Shown here piece after piece: positions 42,026 through 52,512 of a stretch of DNA of 64,000 bases. The stretch's first letter is position 1, and each line of letters starts with the position of its first letter. Both the position numbers and the translations under genes were made by a program. The DNA comes from Bacteroidetes bacterium RIFCSPLOWO2_12_FULL_35_15 (GTDB lineage Bacteria > Bacteroidota > Bacteroidia > 2-12-FULL-35-15): positions 12,241 to 76,240 of the forward strand of contig MEPB01000037.1 of the NCBI GenBank assembly GCA_001769385.1. Direction: 5' to 3'. The notes beneath the pieces were generated by a model. That model had not been told where the DNA came from. It saw nothing but the letters and a program-made list of their open reading frames with translations, and ran no database searches.

Positions 42026-45000
42026 CTAAAAATAAGCCCTCACTTGCGCACCACCTGTATGAATAATTTTTGTGCCTTCTGATTTACGTCCATCATACGT
42101 AATACTCAATTGCATATTGTTTGATAAATTACGCTGGTAAGCTAAGCCCCAGGTAATATTTTCTCCTGCTTTTAAGGCATCTAACATTTCAAAAGCGAGG
42201 GAGGTATTTTGACTTCCATTAAATTTAATTTGAATAAAATTGGCTTTTAAATTTAAACTTCCTTTTTGTAAAACATTGTATTTGATTTCAGCACCATAAT
42301 CTTGCAATATGGCAGTTTGTCCGCCAAATTCAGCTTTATTTTTTTTATCGGTGTATTTAAAAGAAACACTTACGCGGAAAGAAGTGTTGGGTTGATAACT
42401 AAATTTTGGCTCCAATTCATAATAGGAGATAGCATAATCTCTTGTGTTGAAATATGCTGATTTGCTTGATTTAACACCATTCTTGCCATCTAAGATCCAC
42501 GTTAATTGTTGCACAATGTTCCAACGTAAATGTGCTTCTTCATACGTGTTTTGGTGGGTGTCAAAGCCATTCACCAATAAAATTTTATTCCGGACATCCT
42601 GATAAGAAATATCAAGACCAAATACGGAGCTTAACTGGTTGATGAATAATGTATTTCTGAATGAAGAACTGAGTGTAATTAATGTGCTGTCATTTGTTTC
42701 TGATAAAAACGGATTGTATGCTTTTGTGAGATCGTCTTCATTTGATTTCCGATCCACACGATACGTTGTTTGATTTGCAAATCGGGAAATAAATTTCCGG
42801 AATCCTGTTTTAGTTGCCCATAATGCGGATGGTTTTAACATCAGCATTTCAGAAAACTGATTGCTATACGTTTTTACATAATCACTGGTAGGCGTGTAAA
42901 CTTTAATATAAATTGCCTGATCTTGAAAAGCTGCTATTTCAAACTCGTTTAATTCTTTTATTCCATTGTTGTTATAATCATTCCATGTGTAAACACCTTG
43001 TCCGGGTGCGACAGCAATGTACGAGAATTCTTTTTTTACTTCCAACCCCGAACCAATTTCATAAAAAGTATTGGAGTAAATTATTCCTTTCCATAATTTA
43101 AAATTGTATTCAATTCTTGAAACTAAGGAGTTGTCTGTTAAAGCAGAATCTCCAATTTTTAATCTTCGATAAGCAGCATTTATTTTTAATTGATTGTTTG
43201 GATTTTTAAGAAGTTCTAAAAAGGCGCCATAATTTTCAGCAAATGCGGCTTCATTTAATTTGGGTTTCCCGGAATTGTTTTTCACATTATAATCTGTTCG
43301 TTGCTTGTAATTTATTCCATAATGATTTTTTGTAGAATCTGAATTTTGTGCATACGCTTGCCATTCCCAGAATTGATAACTGTTGGAGAGGATTGAATCT
43401 TTATTGTTTAAGGCGAATTTGTTTTGCTCAAACTCATCTTTTAATCCAAGAGTCAGCCATTTTATTTTTTGAGAAACGCCACTTTTGTGCCTGTAAAAAT
43501 TAGTGTTGGTAGTGCTAGCTGAATTTAATAAACTTCCATCGTATAAAATTGCAACCCCTTTAACAGCAAGGTTAATGTTGGCATTGTGTTTTGTTGCATT
43601 GTATCTTGTTCCTTCCAAAAGCGCATTGAATCTGTATATTGCTGCTCCAATTTCTTTTTTAGACACACCTATAGCAGCTCCTACAACATGTTGATCATCA
43701 GCAAGAGTCGTGTTTCCACGATTCCAGTCTCTTTCAAATTCGATGCTACGGTAACGTTCGACCGGAGAAAAGTATTTCTGAACATATTCGTAATTTAAAT
43801 TAGTAAGCAGTGTAAGTGGACTATAGGTTGAGTCTTTCGCTTTAGTTCGGTTAAACGGGGAAGCATTATCAAAATTCATTTTCAAAGCATAACCAACATC
43901 ATCATTGCTATTCGCAGATGAAAATGTATTAATATCATTATTGCTCGCAGCAGCTTCTATTGATAATTTGCTGTATTTGTTGAATAAATAGTCAGCACCA
44001 ACGGTGAGCATTTGTTTTTTCTTAGGTGCTATCAATTGGATCACAGGCTCGTAGCTCCCGTGTAGCGTATCGCCCGTTATACTTGGTGCAACCCACTGAA
44101 AAACTTTTCCGTTTGCACTTGAAGTAATTTGATTGTAATGGCCTTTTCCTACTCCAACATTACTGAAGGTGACACGAAAATGAGCGGTGCTATCCGTCCT
44201 GTAAACAAAAATATTCTTATAGATAGTTGCTCCAATTAAGGTATCTTTTTTTTGATATAATACTTCACTGTTCGAAAAAGGGATACTGTCATAGCTTGGA
44301 CTGATAGCAAGTGATAAAGTATCGCCAACATCAGATAATATTTTTTTCTGAGCTGTTGTCAGATCTTGTTGCAAGGGTTGGTTTTTGCTGTCTTGTTCAG
44401 AATATACATTTACATGTAATTTTAATTTCCCTTGTTCATAATCATTTCCAAAATGCACCAGGGAACGTGCATAATTTTTATCGGAATATTGAAATTCCAC
44501 AACAATGCGTTTATCTTTTGTGATAAGTTGTTTAGCTGTAAATGTAAGTTCTGAAGTATTATAATTAATTACATAATCATTCTCTTGCCCTCTGTCCATA
44601 AGTCGTCCATCGACATACACTTTTTCTGTTCCGGATAATACACTGATGTACGTTTCGTTTTCTGCGCCATGTAATCGATAGGGTCCTTGATTACTCTCCA
44701 CACCTTGAATTTGATTTCGTGCAAATTTTCCTCTCGAAACTGCCGCACTCAAACTGGTTTTGTAAAGTCCTTGTTTGGAAATATCTTTATTACTTCCATT
44801 AATTTTTTGTGTCGTTGAAAAACTTACTCCTTGTGCTTTTTTATTGAAATTCATAAAATAAGACCTGGGCCGGGTCAATTGAAAATCACCTGCAATCAAT
44901 TTTGTATTCATAGTTGATAATTGAATAAATACTTTATCAAACTCTTGCAATTGCTGAGTATTTCCTTCGGGTTGAATAGGAATATTATTATCTGTTGCCG

Positions 45001-45550
45001 CTAATAATATATCAATATTATTACTCAAATGTCCGGATAGTTGCAAATTTAAATTTGAATTTACTACTACATCCTGATTATTTCCAAACGAAATTCCACG
45101 CGAAATACTTCCGCTTTTATTCAAACCATCCATTTTAAATATGTCATCATTTTTTGATTCGATATTATAACTGAAAGGGTTAGTTTTTCCGAATAAATCT
45201 GCCTTTATTCGGTTTACATCTTTATGTTTTGTTTCTTGTGAAAATAGATAGGGAAATGTTTTGTAGGAAGAAAAAATAATATCTGCTTTTATATTTTCTT
45301 CAAGTAATTTTTTTCGATTTAAAATGACCAACCCCTCTGCATAATTTATTTTATAATAGGAGGTATCAAGTAAAGTTCCATTTATGGTGGAAAGTTTTAT
45401 TGAACCCGGAACAATACTTAAGGAGTCGAGTTTAACAGTATCAGAAATTACCGAAAAGGATTTAGTTCGATTATTGACGGTGTTTTGCGCAAATCCGCCA
45501 ATACACATAAATAGTATAGCTAAGAGCAATATTTTTTTTCGAACCATCAC
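42026..45550 (-). CDS. Large (1174 aa) predicted outer-membrane beta-barrel protein of unknown function
   Basis: Signal peptide. Alternating amphipathic beta-strand-like composition rich in N/S/T/Y. C-terminal ...VRAYF, an aromatic terminal residue typical of OM beta-barrels. Confidence 0.55.
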   Translation of the reverse strand: MMVRKKILLLAILFMCIGGFAQNTVNNRTKSFSVISDTVKLDSLSIVPGSIKLSTINGTLLDTSYYKINYAEGLVILNRKKLLEENIKADIIFSSYKTFPYLFSQETKHKDVNRIKADLFGKTNPFSYNIESKNDDIFKMDGLNKSGSISRGISFGNNQDVVVNSNLNLQLSGHLSNNIDILLAATDNNIPIQPEGNTQQLQEFDKVFIQLSTMNTKLIAGDFQLTRPRSYFMNFNKKAQGVSFSTTQKINGSNKDISKQGLYKTSLSAAVSRGKFARNQIQGVESNQGPYRLHGAENETYISVLSGTEKVYVDGRLMDRGQENDYVINYNTSELTFTAKQLITKDKRIVVEFQYSDKNYARSLVHFGNDYEQGKLKLHVNVYSEQDSKNQPLQQDLTTAQKKILSDVGDTLSLAISPSYDSIPFSNSEVLYQKKDTLIGATIYKNIFVYRTDSTAHFRVTFSNVGVGKGHYNQITSSANGKVFQWVAPSITGDTLHGSYEPVIQLIAPKKKQMLTVGADYLFNKYSKLSIEAAASNNDINTFSSANSNDDVGYALKMNFDNASPFNRTKAKDSTYSPLTLLTNLNYEYVQKYFSPVERYRSIEFERDWNRGNTTLADDQHVVGAAIGVSKKEIGAAIYRFNALLEGTRYNATKHNANINLAVKGVAILYDGSLLNSASTTNTNFYRHKSGVSQKIKWLTLGLKDEFEQNKFALNNKDSILSNSYQFWEWQAYAQNSDSTKNHYGINYKQRTDYNVKNNSGKPKLNEAAFAENYGAFLELLKNPNNQLKINAAYRRLKIGDSALTDNSLVSRIEYNFKLWKGIIYSNTFYEIGSGLEVKKEFSYIAVAPGQGVYTWNDYNNNGIKELNEFEIAAFQDQAIYIKVYTPTSDYVKTYSNQFSEMLMLKPSALWATKTGFRKFISRFANQTTYRVDRKSNEDDLTKAYNPFLSETNDSTLITLSSSFRNTLFINQLSSVFGLDISYQDVRNKILLVNGFDTHQNTYEEAHLRWNIVQQLTWILDGKNGVKSSKSAYFNTRDYAISYYELEPKFSYQPNTSFRVSVSFKYTDKKNKAEFGGQTAILQDYGAEIKYNVLQKGSLNLKANFIQIKFNGSQNTSLAFEMLDALKAGENITWGLAYQRNLSNNMQLSITYDGRKSEGTKIIHTGGAQVRAYF

Positions 45551-45579
45551 AGATTTAAAAGTACTAATTATACCGAAAC

Positions 45580-45611
45580 AAAATACCCGAACGAATGAAC
45601 GAATTCATTCG
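45580..45611. promoter_or_regulatory. 14-bp-stem inverted repeat in the divergent intergenic region between the large OMP gene and xth
   Basis: cccgaacgaatgaa-cgaa-ttcattcgttcggg is a perfect 14-bp stem with a 4-nt loop, upstream of both flanking genes. Confidence 0.4.
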
Positions 45612-45770
45612 TTCGGGAGGTGGTTTCAGAAAATGAACTTGTGTTAACCCAGACTATACAAATATCGATCACATAATCTTTTCGGAACCACCATAAATAA
45701 AACATCTTTGATATAGGTTCATAACAAATGCATTTTATACATTTGTTGCACCTAATTAATACGCAAAAAA

Positions 45771-46538
45771 ATGACAAAAATTATAACATACAATCTAAAT
45801 GGTATTCGTTCTGCAATGAGCAAAGGATTAATGGAATGGTTAAAAGCCGCTGATCCGGATATTTTATGTGTTCAGGAATTAAAAGCAGAACCGGGACAAT
45901 TGGATGTAAGCATTTTTGAAGAAGCCGGTTATCATCATTTTTGGTTTCCTGCGCAAAAGAAAGGATACAGTGGAGTGGCTATTTTTACCAAACAAAAACC
46001 GGATCATGTTCAATATGGTTGTGGTATCGAAAAATACGATTTTGAAGGCCGTGTTATCCGCGCTGATTATGGTGATGTATCTGTATTGAGCGTTTATCAC
46101 CCCAGCGGTAGCAGTGGTGAGGAAAGGCAGGCATTCAAGATGCAATGGCTGGAAGATTTTGAAAATTATATTATTAAATTAAAAAAGGAGCGGCAAAAAC
46201 TAATTATCTGTGGCGATTACAACATTTGCCATCAACCGATCGATATTCATAATCCTAAAAGTAATGCGAACAGCAGTGGTTTTTTGCCCGAAGAGCGGGA
46301 CTGGATCGATAAATTCATGAAATCGGGGTTTGTAGATAGTTTCCGGCATTTTAATAAAGAGCCACATAATTACAGTTGGTGGAGTTTTAGAGCGAATGCC
46401 CGTGCAAAAAATTTGGGTTGGCGTATTGATTACAATTTGGTTAGTTCTAATCTGGAGTCAAAAATGAAGCGGGTGGCTATATTGCCGGAAGCAAAACATT
46501 CAGATCATTGTCCTGTAGTTCTGGAGATAGATTTATAA
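45771..46538 (+). CDS. xth: Exodeoxyribonuclease III (AP endonuclease)
   Basis: MTKIITYNLNGIRSAMSKGLMEWLKAADPDILCVQELKA and C-terminal SDHCPV are canonical ExoIII/EEP motifs. Confidence 0.9.
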   Translation: MTKIITYNLNGIRSAMSKGLMEWLKAADPDILCVQELKAEPGQLDVSIFEEAGYHHFWFPAQKKGYSGVAIFTKQKPDHVQYGCGIEKYDFEGRVIRADYGDVSVLSVYHPSGSSGEERQAFKMQWLEDFENYIIKLKKERQKLIICGDYNICHQPIDIHNPKSNANSSGFLPEERDWIDKFMKSGFVDSFRHFNKEPHNYSWWSFRANARAKNLGWRIDYNLVSSNLESKMKRVAILPEAKHSDHCPVVLEIDL

Positions 46539-46647
46539 AAAAACGCTATAAATACCTCAAAGAACTTTTTCTTGTTATTTTTAAAGAAATTTACAGATAT
46601 TCTATATATTTGTGCTTCTTGAAATAAATAAAATATATCTTTCAAAT

Positions 46648-48399
46648 ATGAAAAAAGTAATTTATTCATTATTGGTTGTTGGTTTTTTGTCATCTTGTGG
46701 TGGCGGAAATAACACTACAGGTGAATCTCGTAAAGCCAACGGAGGCGTATATTACGGAGGTGTTTTTAGAATGAATGAAGTAGAGGATTTTCGTAACCTT
46801 TTTCCTTTAAACATTACTGAAGTAACTTCACATCGTATCGCAAATCAGGTTTATGAAGGCTTGGTTAAGCTTTCGCAGGATGATTTAACGATTTTAGCCT
46901 CTTTAGCTGAAAAATGGGAAAAAAATGCTGATGCATCACAATGGACATTTCATATTCGTAAAGGTGTAAAATTCCATGATGACCCTTGTTTTTCTGATGG
47001 AAAAGGCAGAGAAGTTACGGCAAAAGATTTTAAATATTGTTTCGACCGACTTTGCACTTCAAGTCCTGAAAATCAGCAGTTTAATGGCTCATTTAAGGAT
47101 CGGGTAGTGGGCGCTAATGAATATTACCAATCTACGATTGATAAAAAACCTTTAGCAGGAGGTGTTTCAGGAGTTAAGGTAATTGATGATTATACAATTG
47201 AAATTGATCTGATTCATTCATTTGCCGGATTTCTTAATATTTTGAGTACTCCCGGTTGTTGGGTATATCCACAAGAAGCACAAGAAAAGTATGGAGTTGA
47301 TATGCGTGTAAAATGTGTTGGTACGGGTGCTTTTCAAGTGAAAAACATAAAAGAAGGAGACAATGTTATTTTAGAAAGAAATCCTAATTATTGGAATGTT
47401 GATGAATTTGGAAATCAACTACCTTACTTAGATGCAATAAAGTTTACGTTCATCAAAGAAAAAAAAGCTGCATTGTTAGAATTTAAACGCGGAAATCTTG
47501 ATATGATGTTCAGTTTACCGATCGAAATGATTCCCGATATTTTAGGAGAACTGGATCATGCAAAAGAAGGAAATACTCCTTTCGAAATGCAGGTAGTACC
47601 CGCTATGAGCACATTCTATTTAGGTTTTCAGAATCAAGGGGAAATATTCAATAAAAAAGAAGTTCGTTTAGCATTTAACTATGCTATCGATCGCGAAAAA
47701 ATTGTTAATTACACGCTGCAAGGTGAAGGAATCCCGGGGATTTATGGTATCGTACCTCCTTCATTTAAGGAATATGACATCAAACGTTTAAAAGGGTTCT
47801 CATTTGATGTGGATAAAGCTCGTAAATACATGGCTGCAGCAGGTTATCCTGATGGGAATGGTTTTCCAAAATTAACATTGCAAATAAATAGTGGTGGCGG
47901 GGATAGAAATATTCAAACAGCTGAAGTAATTCAAAAAATGTTAAAAGAGAATCTTAACATTGATGTGGAAATAAATGTGATGCCTTTTGCAGAACATCTG
48001 GAGAGTTTAGAAACTGGCAAGGCTCAGTTTTGGAGATCTGCCTGGGTAGCAGATTATCCGGATCCTGAAACTTTTTTATCTTTATTATATGGTAAAAATG
48101 TTCCTGAAAAAATAACAGATAAATCCTATTTAAATTCGGTTCGTTATAAAAGTGCCAAATTTGATTCGTTATTTTCCGCTGCATTAAGAGAGGTGGATGA
48201 CAAAAAACGTTTTGATTTATATCTTCAGGCAGACCAGGTTGCAATTGATGACGCAGCAATTATGCCTGTTTTTTATGATGAAAATTATCGATTAATTCAA
48301 ACCAATGTTAAAAATTTTACCGCCAATGCAATGGAATACAGAGATTTGTCTCATGTGTATTTTGAATCAAAAGAAGCAAAAGCAGAATCTAAAAAATAA
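46648..48399 (+). CDS. ABC-transporter solute-binding lipoprotein, family 5 (peptide/nickel type), orphan
   Basis: Lipoprotein signal (LLVVGFLSSCGG). Length and composition typical of SBP_bac_5. No permease or ATPase genes adjacent. Confidence 0.75.
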   Translation: MKKVIYSLLVVGFLSSCGGGNNTTGESRKANGGVYYGGVFRMNEVEDFRNLFPLNITEVTSHRIANQVYEGLVKLSQDDLTILASLAEKWEKNADASQWTFHIRKGVKFHDDPCFSDGKGREVTAKDFKYCFDRLCTSSPENQQFNGSFKDRVVGANEYYQSTIDKKPLAGGVSGVKVIDDYTIEIDLIHSFAGFLNILSTPGCWVYPQEAQEKYGVDMRVKCVGTGAFQVKNIKEGDNVILERNPNYWNVDEFGNQLPYLDAIKFTFIKEKKAALLEFKRGNLDMMFSLPIEMIPDILGELDHAKEGNTPFEMQVVPAMSTFYLGFQNQGEIFNKKEVRLAFNYAIDREKIVNYTLQGEGIPGIYGIVPPSFKEYDIKRLKGFSFDVDKARKYMAAAGYPDGNGFPKLTLQINSGGGDRNIQTAEVIQKMLKENLNIDVEINVMPFAEHLESLETGKAQFWRSAWVADYPDPETFLSLLYGKNVPEKITDKSYLNSVRYKSAKFDSLFSAALREVDDKKRFDLYLQADQVAIDDAAIMPVFYDENYRLIQTNVKNFTANAMEYRDLSHVYFESKEAKAESKK

Positions 48400-48571
48400 A
48401 AAAATTACAGAATAAGTATAAAAACCATTCTTCAAAAGAGGAGTGGTTTTTTTTGTTTCATAATTATTAACAAAATGCAGGTGTTGATTTGTGCATAAAG
48501 TTTCTTTAGGATCCTAAAACCAGCGTACATTTTTAATAATATTGTACTGATAATCATAAATAATTTTACAA

Positions 48572-49579
48572 ATGAAAAACGGCATAAAGTATTTTACAGT
48601 TTTGTTGTTAAGCACTGCACTATTTTCATGTGTACCTCAGCGCAAACTCGAAGAGGAACAAGCAAAACGTGACAATTGTGAAAAAGAGCTTGCAGCTTTA
48701 AAAACAAGCAGTCAGGGTTGCGATACAAAGTTGAATGAAGCCACAACCAAATTAATTGAAGGAGAAAAAATAGTAGCAGGCTTAAAAAAAGATACATCTA
48801 TTACCGGGACAAGCTATCGAAATCTAACAGCAAAATATGATAAATTAAATCAGATCAATGAACAATTGCTGGATAAATACAATCGTTTGCTGGAGGGGAA
48901 TTTAGCAGATACTAAAAAAATTTCCGGGGAACTGCAAGGAACTCAGGAACAGCTTTTGAAAAAGCAGGATGAACTTAAACAACTCGAGGCACAATTAAAT
49001 GTTCAAAAGAAAAACTTAGATGCACTTACTGCTGAATTGCAAAAGCGCGAGGCACGTGTTGCCGAATTAGAAGGAGTGTTGAAAAAGAAGGATGAGGCGG
49101 TAAATGATTTAAAGAAAAAACTTTCTGACGCATTATTTGGCTTTGAGGGAAAGGGCCTGACAATTACCCAGAAAAACGGAAAAGTGTATGTTTCTATGGA
49201 AGAAAGTTTACTATTTGCTTCCGGAAGCACTACCGTTGAAACAAAAGGGGTGGATGCGTTAAAGAAAGTAGCAAAAGTGTTGGAGCAAAATACAGATATC
49301 AATATTTTAATTGAAGGTCATACGGATGATGTTCCAATGATAGGAAAAGGGGATATAAAAGATAATTGGGATCTAAGCGTAATGCGGGCAACTTCAATTG
49401 TAAAAATTATTACTAAAAACAGTACAGTTGATCCTAGGCGACTAACTGCTGCCGGAAGAGGTGAATATTTCCCTATCGACCCTGTTAAAACAACAGATGC
49501 AAGGAAAAAAAACAGGAGAACAGAAATTATTTTGACTCCCAAATTGGATGAACTTTTCAAAGTTCTTGAAACAAACTAA
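48572..49579 (+). CDS. OmpA-family lipoprotein with long coiled-coil region
   Basis: Lipoprotein signal (ALFSCV), heptad-rich middle. C-terminal OmpA-like block (ILIEGHTDDVPM...NWDLSVMRATSIV...RRTEIIL). Confidence 0.8.
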   Translation: MKNGIKYFTVLLLSTALFSCVPQRKLEEEQAKRDNCEKELAALKTSSQGCDTKLNEATTKLIEGEKIVAGLKKDTSITGTSYRNLTAKYDKLNQINEQLLDKYNRLLEGNLADTKKISGELQGTQEQLLKKQDELKQLEAQLNVQKKNLDALTAELQKREARVAELEGVLKKKDEAVNDLKKKLSDALFGFEGKGLTITQKNGKVYVSMEESLLFASGSTTVETKGVDALKKVAKVLEQNTDINILIEGHTDDVPMIGKGDIKDNWDLSVMRATSIVKIITKNSTVDPRRLTAAGRGEYFPIDPVKTTDARKKNRRTEIILTPKLDELFKVLETN

Positions 49580-49599
49580 AAATTATTTTTTTTATCTCA

Positions 49600-49635
49600 A
49601 GAGCTGAAGCAATAAAAACTTCAGCTCTTTTTTTG
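49600..49635 (+). terminator. Rho-independent terminator after the OmpA-family gene
   Basis: agagctgaag-caataaaaa-cttcagctct followed by ttttttt. Confidence 0.65.
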
Positions 49636-49700
49636 AAAAATTTTCAGACTTTGTATCTTTTTGAAAAAATTACGTTAAAAACATAACAAATAAAAAGAAA

Positions 49701-51431
49701 ATGAAAAAATGGATTCTTTTATTATTAATTACAACTATCGGTAATAGTGTGTTTTCACAACTTGTTACAGAATATTGGGATGTTGCTCAAACGAAAAAGA
49801 AAAGTGAACAACAAATGAAAAATGGTATGCAAGATGGAAAATTTGTTGCTTGGTTTGAAAACGGTGACATAGCCAGAGAAGGAGCTTTTGTGGAAGGAAA
49901 AGAGAATGGAAAATTTAGTTCGTTTTATCCCGGTAAAAAAGTTAAAGCGGAGGAAAATTATTCAAACGGGAAAAAGAACGGAACATGGAAATATTGGTAT
50001 ATAAATGGAAATAAAGCACAAGAAAATTTTTTTAAAAATGATCAACCGGACAGTACCTGGACCGGATGGTATGAAAGCGGGAAGCTAAAAAGTTCAGAAA
50101 GCTATAAAAACGGGAAAAAAGAGGGCACCTGGACTTATTATTATGAAAACGGACAAAAAGAAAGTGAAGGTAGTTTTAAAAATAATTTTGCAGAAGGTTT
50201 GTATTCCGCTTGGTATTCAAATAATGTAAAGCAACAGGAAGGACAATTTAAAAACGGAAAAAAAACCGGGCTGTGGAGGGATTGGTTTAAAAATGAAAAG
50301 CCAAAGCAAGAATTGCTCTATGAAAACAATGAAGCATTATTAATGAATTTATGGTTAGAAACAGGAGAGCACATTGTAATCAATGGAAATGGAAAATTTA
50401 CTATGGTTTATGATAATGGCACAAAAAAAGGGGAAGGATATTATAAAGATGGTCGCTTAGATGGAGATTGGTTGTTTTACGCTCCTTCCGGTGAAAAGGA
50501 TTATCAGGTTACCTACCAAAAAGGAAAAAAAAACGGGCCATGTATCAATTGGTTTAAAAATGGAAAAGTAAAAAGTGAAGGGCCTTTTCTGGATGACAAA
50601 AAAAATGGAACATGGAAATGGTATAATGAGAATGGAAAACAGGTGATGGAAGGCTTATTAAAGGATGATTTACGAACCGGAAAATGGATGTACTGGTTTG
50701 AAACCGGTATTAAGGAATCAGAAGGTTTTTATAAAAATGATTTACAAGACAGTATTTGGAAATATAATTATAAAGATGGTTCAAAATGGAAAGAAGGAAA
50801 ATTTAAAAATGGTTTGAAGGAAGGGTTTTGGACAATTTGGTTTGAAAGCGGGCAAAAACTTCAGGAAGGAAATTATGTTTCCGGAAAAGAAGAAGGAGTT
50901 TGGTTCTCTTGGTATGACAATGGAATAAAAAAAGATGAAGGAAGTTTTAAATCAGGGAAAATGGATGGAACATGGAAAGGTTGGTTTCCCAATAATAATC
51001 CAAACTATACAGGCTACTATAAAGATGAACTAAAAGATGGAGCATGGAAATATTATTTTGATTCGGGAAAAATAAAAGAAGAAGGCGGCTATAAAAAAGG
51101 CAAAAAAGATGGGCATTGGATATTCTGGACGCCCTTTGGTTTTAAAGATAGCGAAGGAAATTACAAAGAGGAAAAACCTGATGGTCTTTGGACCTATTAT
51201 TTTGAAACCGGTGGAAAATCCATGGAGCAGAGGTTTAGCGATGGAAAATTAAATGGAGATTGCAGCTCTTGGTATGAAAATGGAAAATTAAAAAGTAAGA
51301 CTTCTTATACTTTGGTAAAAGATAAAAATGGCCGGGTTGAAAGTAAGCCTAATGGGGAATGGCTGTATTATGACGAAAATGGTAATGTTATGATGCAGAC
51401 AACCTATAAAAAAGGAATTAAAGTAAAATAA
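49701..51431 (+). CDS. Secreted MORN-repeat-variant (YwqK-like) protein, ~20 tandem repeats
   Basis: Signal peptide, then repeated GKKxGxWxxWYENGxKxxEGxFKNG units throughout the 576 aa. Confidence 0.7.
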   Translation: MKKWILLLLITTIGNSVFSQLVTEYWDVAQTKKKSEQQMKNGMQDGKFVAWFENGDIAREGAFVEGKENGKFSSFYPGKKVKAEENYSNGKKNGTWKYWYINGNKAQENFFKNDQPDSTWTGWYESGKLKSSESYKNGKKEGTWTYYYENGQKESEGSFKNNFAEGLYSAWYSNNVKQQEGQFKNGKKTGLWRDWFKNEKPKQELLYENNEALLMNLWLETGEHIVINGNGKFTMVYDNGTKKGEGYYKDGRLDGDWLFYAPSGEKDYQVTYQKGKKNGPCINWFKNGKVKSEGPFLDDKKNGTWKWYNENGKQVMEGLLKDDLRTGKWMYWFETGIKESEGFYKNDLQDSIWKYNYKDGSKWKEGKFKNGLKEGFWTIWFESGQKLQEGNYVSGKEEGVWFSWYDNGIKKDEGSFKSGKMDGTWKGWFPNNNPNYTGYYKDELKDGAWKYYFDSGKIKEEGGYKKGKKDGHWIFWTPFGFKDSEGNYKEEKPDGLWTYYFETGGKSMEQRFSDGKLNGDCSSWYENGKLKSKTSYTLVKDKNGRVESKPNGEWLYYDENGNVMMQTTYKKGIKVK

Positions 51432-51446
51432 CTTTTGAATGCTCTC

Positions 51447-51806
51447 TTATCTTCGGGCTCTGGTTACTTTTGGCCTTCTTCGAGGGTCGTGTGGATGTTT
51501 TATGTAATGGCGATGGTGATTTGTTTCAACCACAACTTTTTTGTTTTTTCTTGCATAAACAGTGCTAAACCATGCAATGCCTATTACAAATGCCAAACCT
51601 AAAAACATATACAGGTAACTCATTTTTTCCTGAAAGGCTTGATGCTCCTGCTCTGCTTTTATCTGTGCCAAAGAGTTTTTAATGTTACTTACATCTTGTG
51701 CAAAAGAATTAATACTTAATAAAACCGTTGATAAGAAAAATAAGGCACAAGATTTCCAATAAGTTTTTCTTTCTTTTCCTGCGGATTTTTTTGTTAAAGT
51801 TTTCAT
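51447..51806 (-). CDS. Hypothetical small membrane protein with basic His/Arg-rich C-terminus
   Basis: Signal/TM segments and HHRHYIKHPHDPRRRPKVTRARR tail. No homolog recognised. Confidence 0.4.
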   Translation of the reverse strand: MKTLTKKSAGKERKTYWKSCALFFLSTVLLSINSFAQDVSNIKNSLAQIKAEQEHQAFQEKMSYLYMFLGLAFVIGIAWFSTVYARKNKKVVVETNHHRHYIKHPHDPRRRPKVTRARR

Positions 51807-51996
51807 AATCGTTTAATAAAATGAAACATTTTTTTGATTGCTATAAAGAAATATTCCATAAAAGTACAAAAAATGTCGATAAGCAACCATTTTTTTTCTA
51901 TTAATACGTAATTGGGGTTCAGAAAGTTGCGAAAAAATATTTGGTAATTTGTAAATATTGACGTACATTTGCATCTGTAATAGAAGAATAATTTAT

Positions 51997-52018
51997 AGAG
52001 GGGACCATTGTCCCCTCT
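51997..52018 (+). promoter_or_regulatory. GC-rich hairpin plus T-tract 18 nt upstream of the rimP start (terminator/attenuator-like leader element)
   Basis: agaggggac-catt-gtcccctct followed by ttcttttgcc, then the rimP ATG at 52037. Confidence 0.45.
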
Positions 52019-52036
52019 TTCTTTTGCCTCATTGAT

Positions 52037-52501
52037 ATGATTACTGTTGAAAAAATCAAAAAATTAGCAGACGCTAAAATTGCCGAAGGGACTAATTTTA
52101 TTGTTGATATTAGCGTTAAGCCGGGTAATAAAATTATCGTTCTGTTAGATAATGATCATGGGATTTCTGTTGTTGATTGCGTAGAAATGAGCCGTCACAT
52201 TGAGTTTAGTTTAGACAGAGAATCAGAAGATTTTGAATTGAATGTTATGTCCCCTGGACTTACAGAGCCTTTTAAAATTTTACGGCAGTATCAAAAAAAT
52301 ATTGGCAAATATGTAGATATCACAACCAAAGAAAATAAAAAAATATCGGGAAAATTAATTTCAGTAGATGAAACAGCCATACTTCTTGAAACCAAAACAA
52401 AAGAAAAAGTAGAGGGTAAAAAAGGAAAACAACAAATTATCAATAATATCAATTTAACATTTAATCAAATCAAAGAAACAAAAATTGTAATATCATTTTA
52501 A
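52037..52501 (+). CDS. rimP: Ribosome maturation factor RimP
   Basis: 154 aa. Position immediately upstream of nusA-infB. N-terminal IVDISVKPGNKIIVLLD... is RimP-like. Confidence 0.85.
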   Translation: MITVEKIKKLADAKIAEGTNFIVDISVKPGNKIIVLLDNDHGISVVDCVEMSRHIEFSLDRESEDFELNVMSPGLTEPFKILRQYQKNIGKYVDITTKENKKISGKLISVDETAILLETKTKEKVEGKKGKQQIINNINLTFNQIKETKIVISF

Positions 52502-52512
52502 TACTAAAAAAA

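Noticed and set aside
45568-45777. 69-aa ORF in the OMP/xth intergenic region
   Set aside because: It spans the inverted-repeat hairpin and a promoter region. It has no signal of conservation and a Cys-rich odd composition, so it is more likely non-coding.
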